Notes under the pieces: generated by a model | The model's database searches: none | The model's input: only the letters and a program-made list of their open reading frames with translations | Told to the model about the DNA's origin: nothing | Position numbers and translations under genes: made by a program | Shown here: positions 9,558-17,978 of the stretch, piece by piece | Position numbering within the stretch: the stretch's first letter is position 1 | How the letters are laid out: every line of letters starts with the position of its first letter | IMG/VR virus record: IMGVR_UViG_3300044712_001937 | Location: 1-64,000 of that record | Reading direction: 5' to 3' (one strand) | DNA length: 64,000 nucleotides

Positions 9558-10187
9558 TTAAAGAACTCTACCAAATGACCAACCAATTGGTATTGTATCA
9601 TTAGTTTTTATTTTTTTATTTTCATTACCGTTTGTAATCCAACGAGTATTATATTGAGAATTATTTTCACCACAGTTTTTACCTTTATGAACTTTCTTCA
9701 TCAACATTATTGTTTCATTAGAATGTTTCTTACCATCCCAATATCCATTCATTCCATTTTTGCTCAAAAATTCTTTTTGACCTATAGATTGCTTTTTGCA
9801 TTGATTATTTCTCCATTCATCGTTATTCATTAATTCAATAAAACGTTTATTACCCTTTTTAGAATTTATGATTTGTTGTTCATGAGAAAATCCTCCAGTA
9901 CCACCAACACGTAAATTAATACATTTAGGGTCTAACAATAGAGAATCATTAACCAATTCATTTTCTCTTAAAGCCAAAGAACTTCGGTCAGAATAATATT
10001 CAAGCACTTCTAATTTAAAATTTTCTTTGCCATATTTATTTATCGACCTTTTCAATCTTTTTCCACTTCCCAAATAATCATCATTTAAATTATTTGTAGA
10101 ATGCATTCCAATATAAAATTCACCTTTTATTAAATTGGTTGTTTTATAAATAAAATGATATTTTTTTAACTCATTTAAATTTGCCAT
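9558..10187 (-). mobile_element. Free-standing GIY-YIG (Seg-like) homing endonuclease
   Basis: HFIYKTTNLIKGEFYIGMHST, YLGSGK, conserved E; NUMOD3-like KKHSNET motif. Confidence 0.85.
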
Positions 10188-10238
10188 ATCAAAACAATAT
10201 TTTGATATAAATACTAAACAAATTCAAAAAAGTCCAAG

Positions 10239-10373
10239 TGGGGAGAATTGGAATCGAACCAATAATCAACTGTTTTCAAGACAATTTGCTTTACCTTTAC
10301 TGAAAACACCATTAGTTTTCTCACTTAAGAGAACATTGAGATAGTATTTTTTGTTTATTTTTGCTATCTCCCC
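10239..10373 (-). ncRNA. tRNA-like RNA with ~60-nt motif-bearing insertion in the D-loop (element E)
   Basis: Acceptor GGGGAGA/TCTCCCC-A, T arm ATTGG-TTCGATT-CCAAT, anticodon arm ATTGT-CTTGAAA-ACAGT; D region interrupted by AAAAAATAC...GTGTTTTCAGTAAA; no encoded CCA. Confidence 0.7.
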
Positions 10374-10400
10374 ATATTTAAAATTTTAAAGAACTTCAAA

Positions 10401-10429
10401 AAATGAAGAGTTTTTAATTCTTCATTTTG
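10401..10429 (-). terminator. Terminator-like hairpin
   Basis: AAAATGAAGA/TCTTCATTTT inverted repeat followed by T on the minus strand; AT-rich, so weak. Confidence 0.4.
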
Positions 10430-10439
10430 TATGTTAAAT

Positions 10440-10542
10440 TTAAGGTGGCGCAGACCTATTATGGCTGTCATTTTCTGTCATTACATCAGAACCACAAATT
10501 ACGGTTGGGTTAACCAGCAACTACATTTCTGCATTTCGTAAT
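10440..10542 (-). ncRNA. Putative structured ncRNA downstream of tRNA-Met (element G)
   Basis: Non-coding and locally GC-richer; stems GATTACG/CGTAATT, GTTG/CAAC and TTCTG/CAGAA; shares an exact 15-mer with 9251..9265. Confidence 0.4.
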
Positions 10543-10555
10543 CTTAAATTTTTCG

Positions 10556-10627
10556 TAGCGGAAGCAGGACTCGAACCTACGACCTTTTGGTTATGAGCCA
10601 AACGAGATGCCGCTTCTCTATTCCGCA
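10556..10627 (-). tRNA. tRNA-Met(CAU), initiator-like
   Basis: Full cloverleaf: TGCGGAA/TTCCGCT-A with a 1:72 mismatch, D stem GAGA/TCTC, TTTGG-CTCATAA-CCAAA, GTAGG-TTCGAGT-CCTGC; CCA not encoded. Confidence 0.92.
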
Positions 10628-10641
10628 ATATATTTTTAATT

Positions 10642-11061
10642 TTAATATCTATTAGAAACACATTCTTTACAATGTCCATTTACACCATTCCATCTTCGAT
10701 TGCATTTATGAAATTCTTCCATTTTTTTCATCTTTTTACATTTTGAACAAAATGAATATCCTTCTTTACATTTAATTCTTTTATGGAAACCTCCGAATCT
10801 TCTTTCAGGTAAATTACATTTCATATGACTAAATGCAATATTATCTAAACTAAAAAACAACTCTTTAGGATTTTCACTATGAAGCCAATTTTCCTTATGT
10901 TCAATACTTAATTCATCAACATTTAAAATTGGCTTTTTACATTTAAAACAAATATTCTCATTCAATTTACATAATAAATGAAATAATATTTGTTTTCTTA
11001 ATTTACCAGATGCAGTACCTAAAGGCATTCCTAATTGTGCATCTTTATCTTTACAACTCAT
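10642..11061 (-). CDS. HNH endonuclease with CxxC zinc knuckles
   Basis: CFKC...SIEHKE...NIAFSHMKCN (HNH-type) plus C-terminal CSKC/CKEC. Confidence 0.7.
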   Translation of the reverse strand: MSCKDKDAQLGMPLGTASGKLRKQILFHLLCKLNENICFKCKKPILNVDELSIEHKENWLHSENPKELFFSLDNIAFSHMKCNLPERRFGGFHKRIKCKEGYSFCSKCKKMKKMEEFHKCNRRWNGVNGHCKECVSNRY

Positions 11062-11094
11062 TATCCTATGATATTTAGTTATAATTATTTTTTG

Positions 11095-11227
11095 TGGGGA
11101 AGGTCAGAATCGAACTGACAATCAATTGTTTTAACGACAACTTGCTGTACCTTTACTGTAAATATAGCCAGTTCTCCAAAAGGAGTAATACGATTATATT
11201 TTTTGTATATAATTTGCATACTTCCCC
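11095..11227 (-). ncRNA. tRNA-like RNA with motif-bearing D-loop insertion (element F), paralog of element E
   Basis: Acceptor GGGGAAG/CTTCCCC-A, T arm GTCAG-TTCGATT-CTGAC, anticodon arm GTTGT-CGTTAAA-ACAAT; insertion AAAAAATAT...ATATTTACAGTAAA. Confidence 0.7.
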
Positions 11228-11281
11228 AAATATTTTTTTTACATAATGTAAAAGAACTTTTTTCTTATCTCTAAGACGATA

Positions 11282-11313
11282 CAAACATACAACACCTTTT
11301 TTTATTTTCCAAA
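11282..11313 (-). promoter_or_regulatory. Bacteroidota sigma-ABfr-type promoter driving the ncRNA cluster
   Basis: Minus strand TTTG (11313-11310), 20-nt spacer, TATGTTTG (11289-11282): matches the -33 TTTG / -7 TAnnTTTG consensus. Confidence 0.7.
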
Positions 11314-11425
11314 TATTTTTCAATAATATTTTTAAAAAAATGTAAAATAATTTATAATCGTCTGAGAGATAAATACGTTAATAATTCAAAAAAGTCATAT
11401 TTATTTATAAAAAAAATTAAAAATT

Positions 11426-13420
11426 TTATTCTTTTTTTATAACATTCTGACTTTCACGCAATTTAGTAAGTTGATTATGAATATCATTATGTTTATTTTC
11501 CAATTCGTCAGGGTCAATTAATTCATTTTCATTCAATTCTGACGAATCTCTTTCAATATATGGTACTCCCGGAGATACAAATTTCATTTTAAATTCTTCA
11601 GGTTTTTCAACTACAATATCTGGATTTAATAATTCATGTATAGTCTTTTTTTCATCAATTATTAATGGAGTTTCAATTTTAACTTCGTCAGGTTCTGCAT
11701 TTAAAATGGTTTCAGTATCACCCGACCAAGGAAGTAAATCATTAGTTTCTTCATTTATACCCTCACTTACACCCTCATTTATTCCCTCATTTTTAATTAT
11801 TTCAGATTTATAATCCAGTTCAAAATCATCTTTTTTAATAATAGATTCATTTTCAAAATTACTTGATATATTATTAAAATCACTATTATTTATATTATCG
11901 TTATTAATTACGTTTAGAATATTTTCTTCACTATGTTGACTTATTGCAGCGTGTAATTCAATATTAGGTGCTTTAGTTTCTTCATATTTTAACCTCATAC
12001 TTTCTTCCAAAGCATCAATATCTTTATCATCGTGATGTTTAACTGTTTTATTTATTTGACTATATTTATATTGGTCATTTTCAAGTCTAATTTCCATTGT
12101 ATCGTTATTAAATACACAGTCTTTAAATTGTTGACCATCTTGAGCAAATCGTGCTTTTAATATTTGAACATTGGCTAATTGTGCTTCTTTTTGTTCTTTA
12201 GTTTTAGCAACTGACATGAAAAAATGCGCTTTTTGAATTCTTTTAATATTTCCACCAGTTTGATTAGCTTCGATATATTCTGCATTAAAACCAGTACGAT
12301 TAGTTTGTAATGCAGTCCATGCAGGAATTTCAAAATCTGAAGCTAATGCTTCGAATGCTTTAATAACAACTAATTCACCTTCATTTCTATCTTGAGTTTT
12401 TTTATGCGATTCAACACAATCAAGATAATCTAAAATTAAAATATCAAATTTATAACCATATTTTTTTTGATGACGAATCATCCAATTTTTAACATCTTTG
12501 ATAGTAGTATCTTCCTGACTAAATCTTTTAATTACAAGATGACCACCATTACCTTTTAATTCTTCAGCTTTACGATTAATAATATCACTAACTAATTCAA
12601 GATTATCATCGATTTGACTTAAAGGAGTATTAGACCAAATTGCATAATGTTTTCTTTGGATTTGGTCTACAGTATCTTCAAATATAATTTGAGCAACATT
12701 TTTACCTTGTTCATATGCTGTATTTGAAATTTTTGTTAATGCTGTAGTTTTACCAACACCTGAAGGAGTTAATATAACACCAATTTCACCTTTTCCCAAT
12801 CCACCACCAGTTACGGCATCAATAAATTGAATTCCAGTTGGTATGGTTTGACGAAATTCTTTTCTTAAAGCTCTTGATATATTATCGAATACTTCAGTAC
12901 CCTCATCTTCTTTAACACCAATTTGACTTATTTTAATAAATTTTTCTTCAATACTACTAATAGTATATTTATTTTTTATATCACCACTTTTTGTTTTATC
13001 AAGAATATGTTCTGCAACTTTACGATATTCTTGTTGTTTTATAAAAAAATTAGTAGATTTTTGAACTGCATCACCATCATGCATTAAAGATTTATTTAAA
13101 ACTCTTTCATTCCATAACTCAATATTTTTTAATATTGCAAACAAACATTCTTCTTCAATCAAATTTCCCGGTTTTTTGAATTGATGAATTGCTTGAATTA
13201 TACTTTTATTTTGTAGATTAGGTACTTTTTGGTATTCTTTATAAAATTCGTAAATAATTAAATAAAGTCGTTTAACATTAGGGTCATCAAAATATTCAAC
13301 AGCAAGATTTGGTAATACTTCTTCAGCAAATTCAGGTTCAACGAGTAATTGCCACATCAATTTAGTCTGAAAATCATGTCCAAGATAACCTGTAAATGTA
13401 TTTTCGGTTGTTTCACTCAT
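11426..13420 (-). CDS. dnaB: Replicative DnaB/gp41-like helicase with acidic C-terminal extension
   Basis: Walker A LTPSGVGKT, LILDYLD, WTALQTNR, ILKARF motifs. Confidence 0.9.
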   Translation of the reverse strand: MSETTENTFTGYLGHDFQTKLMWQLLVEPEFAEEVLPNLAVEYFDDPNVKRLYLIIYEFYKEYQKVPNLQNKSIIQAIHQFKKPGNLIEEECLFAILKNIELWNERVLNKSLMHDGDAVQKSTNFFIKQQEYRKVAEHILDKTKSGDIKNKYTISSIEEKFIKISQIGVKEDEGTEVFDNISRALRKEFRQTIPTGIQFIDAVTGGGLGKGEIGVILTPSGVGKTTALTKISNTAYEQGKNVAQIIFEDTVDQIQRKHYAIWSNTPLSQIDDNLELVSDIINRKAEELKGNGGHLVIKRFSQEDTTIKDVKNWMIRHQKKYGYKFDILILDYLDCVESHKKTQDRNEGELVVIKAFEALASDFEIPAWTALQTNRTGFNAEYIEANQTGGNIKRIQKAHFFMSVAKTKEQKEAQLANVQILKARFAQDGQQFKDCVFNNDTMEIRLENDQYKYSQINKTVKHHDDKDIDALEESMRLKYEETKAPNIELHAAISQHSEENILNVINNDNINNSDFNNISSNFENESIIKKDDFELDYKSEIIKNEGINEGVSEGINEETNDLLPWSGDTETILNAEPDEVKIETPLIIDEKKTIHELLNPDIVVEKPEEFKMKFVSPGVPYIERDSSELNENELIDPDELENKHNDIHNQLTKLRESQNVIKKE

Positions 13421-13434
13421 ATAATTAAAGGTAT

Positions 13435-13468
13435 AAAAAAAGTTATCATGAACAAATCATGATAACTT
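13435..13468 (-). terminator. Intrinsic terminator
   Basis: AGTTATCATGA-acaaa-TCATGATAACT with a T run on the minus strand. Confidence 0.7.
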
Positions 13469-13492
13469 GAATAGTTAATTTAAGTAGATAGA

Positions 13493-14146
13493 TTAATTAT
13501 AACGTATCTTACGTAATAATTCTTCTCTTTTAAAAGGAGTTAATTCTCTAATTTGATTAATAGATAAACCACGTTGGTTTATTAAATCATAATCATCCCA
13601 CATATTTCTAATATCGGTTTTTTTAATTTGATTTTCAATCTGTTCTGCAATTTCGATAACCACATAAGTTAAATCAACAGACCATCTGGCAACTGGATTG
13701 AAACCGTCAACATAAAAAACTCTTTCTACAATAGTTTTATCGTTAATATACAAACCAATTTTACATTCAACACCACGAATAGTTTTAGTTTCACCTCTAT
13801 CTTCAATTTGTTGAACAATTGAAGTTGGATTATAATACAACTCATTTCTCATCGAAGATGGGAATTGATTAATTTGTTTTTTATGATATTGATATAAATC
13901 ATATGAAATTTCAGGTGAAAACTTATCTTCAGGATTACTTCTACCTACTTCAAAGTTCACATCGTAGTTTTTTTTAGATAACGTTTTTTGTAATCTCGTA
14001 ATAGCACGTGGTAAAATATCACGTATATCGATTGAATATCGGGTAAATGGATTAAATTTATCAGCATCAAACATTTTTTCGCAAAGTAAAACATCACCTT
14101 GTGTCAATGTAAATCTAAACATGTTGTTATAATCTCTTTCGCTCAT
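13493..14146 (-). CDS. Hypothetical protein (replication module)
   Basis: 217 aa ORF with its own upstream TATATTTG box. Confidence 0.6.
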   Translation of the reverse strand: MSERDYNNMFRFTLTQGDVLLCEKMFDADKFNPFTRYSIDIRDILPRAITRLQKTLSKKNYDVNFEVGRSNPEDKFSPEISYDLYQYHKKQINQFPSSMRNELYYNPTSIVQQIEDRGETKTIRGVECKIGLYINDKTIVERVFYVDGFNPVARWSVDLTYVVIEIAEQIENQIKKTDIRNMWDDYDLINQRGLSINQIRELTPFKREELLRKIRYN

Positions 14147-14212
14147 TTTGATAAAATTAAATTTTAATACTATGACAAATATAATTACAATTTATCTAAC
14201 TTGAAAGACTTT

Positions 14213-15265
14213 TTATAAAGATTTCCTATTATTTTTTATATATTCAGTCAATAATTCTTTTTCATTCATTATCACAGTATAAAAGGGTTCTACGTAATTA
14301 GGTAAAGTACCTCCATATACATTTAAAAATTCATCCTCAAGCATCATTTTATATAAATTCTTACTACCTCTACCTTCTGGTGATAAAGGTAATTCTAATT
14401 GACTTAATTCATCAATTGCAGCTTCATTAAGCATTGGTTTACTTAAACATACAAGTTGATAATTAATTTTTAATCTATTAATATTATTTAATAAATTTTC
14501 TAATGCTTTAATAGGTTTCTTTTTATTTTGTATTCTTTCCTTATTGATTTCATCAGCTTTTTGACAAATATCTTTAACTGTTAAATGTTTAAATTTTAAT
14601 TCTGGAATATGCTTTAATAAAGTTTTTTCTTTAAGTCCTTCAATACCCGGAATATTATCTGCAGTATCACCTTCAATAATTTTTATCGTTAATGCATTTA
14701 GATAAAAATGTTCAAAATACATTAGATAATTATTTTTTGTTATTGGTTGTGGAATATTACCAAATATTATAGTTAAATTTAAATCTAACAACTGAGCAAA
14801 ATCTCTGTCATTAGTGTATAAATAAATTTCTTCTTTATTATTATATTGTTGGCAATATGCTGCTATTAAATCATCAGCTTCAATCTCATCAACTTCAATC
14901 TGTCTAATAAACAATTCTTCAGCATATGCTTGAATACGTTTTCTTTGTTTTAAAATGGATTCTTCTTTCTCTTGTTCTTTTCTAATTTCATAATCACTTA
15001 ATTCAATTTTCTTATACCATTCTTTAGTTTTTCGATTAGATTTATATTCACTATCAATTCTATGTCGCATAATGCCACCATTTTCACCATCCCAAACTAA
15101 TACGATTTTATTTATCATATAATCTTTAGTTAACTTACGAAGCATTGTCATAAAACCATATAAACCACCAATATTACCAAACTTATTGGTATAAGTATCT
15201 TTTGCGCCATGAAATGAACGTTTCAAAAGATAAGAAGAATCCACTAACAAAGTTCTAATCTTCAT
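14213..15265 (-). CDS. 5'-3' exonuclease / RNase H (FEN/PolI-N family)
   Basis: LLVDSSYLLKRSF, VWDG, EADDLIA, NDRDFAQL, GDTADNIPGIEGL. Confidence 0.9.
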   Translation of the reverse strand: MKIRTLLVDSSYLLKRSFHGAKDTYTNKFGNIGGLYGFMTMLRKLTKDYMINKIVLVWDGENGGIMRHRIDSEYKSNRKTKEWYKKIELSDYEIRKEQEKEESILKQRKRIQAYAEELFIRQIEVDEIEADDLIAAYCQQYNNKEEIYLYTNDRDFAQLLDLNLTIIFGNIPQPITKNNYLMYFEHFYLNALTIKIIEGDTADNIPGIEGLKEKTLLKHIPELKFKHLTVKDICQKADEINKERIQNKKKPIKALENLLNNINRLKINYQLVCLSKPMLNEAAIDELSQLELPLSPEGRGSKNLYKMMLEDEFLNVYGGTLPNYVEPFYTVIMNEKELLTEYIKNNRKSL

Positions 15266-15449
15266 ATTTTGCCATAGTTAGATTTTTTTCAATTAGATTA
15301 ACTCCATTATAATTTACTTCGTAAAATTCCCCATTATATTCGACAACATATCGATAAAATGCTTGGTCAGAACAAGAATGTAAACTAATTTCAGTAGTTT
15401 CTCTTATCAATCCAGTAGGGTCAACTTTATGAATTTTTAATTTACTCAT
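15255..15449 (-). CDS. Small hypothetical protein
   Basis: 64 aa ORF overlapping both neighbours in operon fashion. Confidence 0.5.
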   Translation of the reverse strand: MSKLKIHKVDPTGLIRETTEISLHSCSDQAFYRYVVEYNGEFYEVNYNGVNLIEKNLTMAKYED

Positions 15450-16531
15450 CCTAATTCAAAACTATCATCATTCTTAATATCGATGTATTTATCCGTTAAA
15501 TCATTTAAATCAATATCAGTTCCAAGTGCATTACGGAAAAATAATAAATGTTCTTTCTTATATACATCAGTACCATCAGGTAATATAAAACCATGAGGTG
15601 TTGATACAATTTTACCTTCCATCGAGATTCCACCAAGAGGTCCGTCTATTTGATTTTTTGCAACACTTACTTTTGTTTCAATACCGTAAGCAACTTCTCT
15701 TGTTTTACTTGTAGCACTAACAATTCTACTACCATGTGCTGCAACACCACCAAAATGATAAATCAAACGTGAACCATAAAAGAATGTTTCTCCACCTTTA
15801 TGTTTAACAACACCAGCACCCATAGAATCAATCCAAATTTTCTGTACACCAACAACTGTATTAGTATATTTTCTATTTTCTTTTCTTGAATTTGGAATTG
15901 TATTATTTAACATATATTTGAATGCTTTTTCAAATGCTCCAGCATTCCACATATTATTATCAGAAGTGTTCTTTTCTTGAGCATTTATTGATTTAATACA
16001 ATCTAATGTACCAAGAGAATCAATTGCAAATAATAAATCATATGGTAATTCACCTGCATCTTGTTGGTCAAGAAAATAGAACATACATTCAGCCATATCT
16101 TCAATACTTGCTTCTTTTCTATTTTTATCTTGAAGTTTACCAAATTTTTGAAGTAAAAAATCATTATCAACAAGAATATAATCACCATCCCAATCAAATC
16201 CCATTTTAGCTAAACGTTCATTACCTAAATTATTTTCAGTATCAATAATAATTGGTAAAATCCCCATTTTTTGTGCTGAAACAATTGCTTCACAAACTGC
16301 AGTAGATTTACCAGTATTGCTAAAACCACGTGCTAATGAAACATATCCCATTGGAAAACCGGGTAAACCTGTTGATGACTGTAATCCCTTTGATGCTGGA
16401 ATCCATTTTAATGGTTTATCCGGAACATCTTCGCCACCAATTTTTTTCTTATAATCATTTAATGAGAAATCTTTTTTTGTAGTTGGTTTTCTTCCCTTAT
16501 CATTTACAGGAACTTCAACATTCTTTGCCAT
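15446..16531 (-). CDS. recA: RecA/UvsX-like recombinase
   Basis: Walker A GFSNTGKST, IIDTE, FAIDSLG, KHKGG, VAKNQ. Confidence 0.85.
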   Translation of the reverse strand: MAKNVEVPVNDKGRKPTTKKDFSLNDYKKKIGGEDVPDKPLKWIPASKGLQSSTGLPGFPMGYVSLARGFSNTGKSTAVCEAIVSAQKMGILPIIIDTENNLGNERLAKMGFDWDGDYILVDNDFLLQKFGKLQDKNRKEASIEDMAECMFYFLDQQDAGELPYDLLFAIDSLGTLDCIKSINAQEKNTSDNNMWNAGAFEKAFKYMLNNTIPNSRKENRKYTNTVVGVQKIWIDSMGAGVVKHKGGETFFYGSRLIYHFGGVAAHGSRIVSATSKTREVAYGIETKVSVAKNQIDGPLGGISMEGKIVSTPHGFILPDGTDVYKKEHLLFFRNALGTDIDLNDLTDKYIDIKNDDSFELG

Positions 16532-16550
16532 AAAACATATTTTTTGATAT

Positions 16551-16580
16551 AAGAAAGGGGACTTTTAAATCCCCTTTCTT
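16551..16580. terminator. Intrinsic terminator
   Basis: AAGAAAGGGGA-cttttaaa-TCCCCTTTCTT. Confidence 0.8.
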
Positions 16581-16597
16581 GTTATTTTTGCGAGTAA

Positions 16598-17857
16598 TTA
16601 GAACGGTAAATCGTCATATTTACTGCCAGTTGAAGTATCTTCTTGAGATTCTTCGTTTGTAGTTATAGGAGCTATTTGTGCAGGAGCTGCTTGAGCTTTA
16701 TTTGCAAGTGTTTGTACAGCTAAATCAACTGCATCATCTTTATATGAACCAACATTACGTTCAGTAACGTTATTAATAGTTACACGATATCCATCTTCAT
16801 CATCAATATCAGATGCGTATTCAAAATTTGCATCTTCATCATCAGCATCAAGATTACGATTACGAGTATTTGCCTGTTCTTCTAAATCAGGACGACCCGG
16901 AAATACCCAATGTTTATTAGTTGCATCACTATCATCCCAATAAGGATTAGTACCATTTGCAATCATTTCAAGCACTTCATATGGAGTGATAATTGGAGCT
17001 GTTTTAGGTTTAAAAACTTCTCTCCAAGTTATAGTATCATCAAGCCATTGTTGCATAATGATAGGGTCAGAATGTAGTAAAGATTTACCACGAAACATGA
17101 TTGCAGAAATTGTTTTATAAGCACGACCATTGAATTCACTATCAGTCATAGTTATATTCAAATCAGTTCCATTAGTAGGGCTTGTTGGGTCTGCGTTATT
17201 AACGGTAATGTAACCATTCAAAATAGGTAACAATTTATCTAATGTACCCTGATTTTTGAAATTGTGTTTAAATCTCCAAAACTTAACACCGTCTTTTTCA
17301 GCACCTTTATCAATACCACGAACGATATAGAATTTTTTAGCTTCCCATACGTTAGCTTCTTTATAAATTTCATCGTTTTTGGCTTTTATTTTTTTCTGTG
17401 CTTCATCTAAGTTTTCTTTTTTGATATACTTGATGGAAGGGTCTTGTTTAGCGATAAGTTTTTTATACTTAGCACATAAAGGACAAGGTGCAGGAATCAT
17501 TATTGGTTGATTGTTTGCATCAAACATAGGCTGACCTTGTGCATCTAATTTTTGAACTTTTTTATCGTTATGTGCTGGGCAATAAACGATACTACCATGT
17601 TTCTTTTTTCCACCAGCAATGTTCATTGGAACTGCATGAAAATAAGCTTCTTCAATAACCTTTCTGCCGGGTTTTACTGGAAGAATTCTAAAAATTTCAT
17701 TAGTTTTACGAGGTACGAAGTACTTAGCTAAAATGTCCTCTTTTGATTTTCTGGTTGTAGATTTTTTCTGATTATTTTGATAATCAGCAAACATTTGTTT
17801 GAAGTTAGATAAATCACCTTCAGGTTGATTTACCGGAATTGCATTTTGATTTTCCAT
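16598..17857 (-). CDS. Single-stranded DNA-binding protein (gp32-like)
   Basis: FRILP, CPAH/CPLC possible Zn ligands, GTDLNIT, acidic tail ending DDLPF; lies next to the recombinase. Confidence 0.75.
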   Translation of the reverse strand: MENQNAIPVNQPEGDLSNFKQMFADYQNNQKKSTTRKSKEDILAKYFVPRKTNEIFRILPVKPGRKVIEEAYFHAVPMNIAGGKKKHGSIVYCPAHNDKKVQKLDAQGQPMFDANNQPIMIPAPCPLCAKYKKLIAKQDPSIKYIKKENLDEAQKKIKAKNDEIYKEANVWEAKKFYIVRGIDKGAEKDGVKFWRFKHNFKNQGTLDKLLPILNGYITVNNADPTSPTNGTDLNITMTDSEFNGRAYKTISAIMFRGKSLLHSDPIIMQQWLDDTITWREVFKPKTAPIITPYEVLEMIANGTNPYWDDSDATNKHWVFPGRPDLEEQANTRNRNLDADDEDANFEYASDIDDEDGYRVTINNVTERNVGSYKDDAVDLAVQTLANKAQAAPAQIAPITTNEESQEDTSTGSKYDDLPF

Positions 17858-17911
17858 TTTAATAAAATTTCAGTATAAAATTATTTACAATTAATTAATT
17901 AATTACAGTGA

Positions 17912-17943
17912 CAAATATATTTCACATTTTCTATAAATACAAG
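17912..17943 (-). promoter_or_regulatory. Bacteroidota-type promoter upstream of SSB
   Basis: TATATTTG (-7 box) at 17919-17912 with TTG about 20 nt upstream. Confidence 0.55.
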
Positions 17944-17978
17944 GATTTTTAAAAATAATCTAAATTATTTAGATAAAA

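Noticed and set aside
10465-10495. Hammerhead-like CTGATG...GAAA in element G (minus strand)
   Set aside because: Core position 9 is U rather than A, and there is no compatible stem III/NUH geometry
11095-11227. Stop-codon reassignment driven by a UUA-anticodon suppressor
   Set aside because: Standard-code ORFs are long and tightly packed, many ending in TAA; the anticodon loop has G33 and an ambiguous register
8960-11230. CRISPR array interpretation of the repeated motifs
   Set aside because: Repeats are degenerate, bipartite and irregularly spaced, with no constant repeat-spacer period; no cas locus (the Cas4-like nuclease at 53675 is a stand-alone phage exonuclease)
11426-16531. Inteins or introns in the helicase or recombinase
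   Set aside because: Motif spacing is contiguous, with no intein splice motifs or reading-frame interruptions
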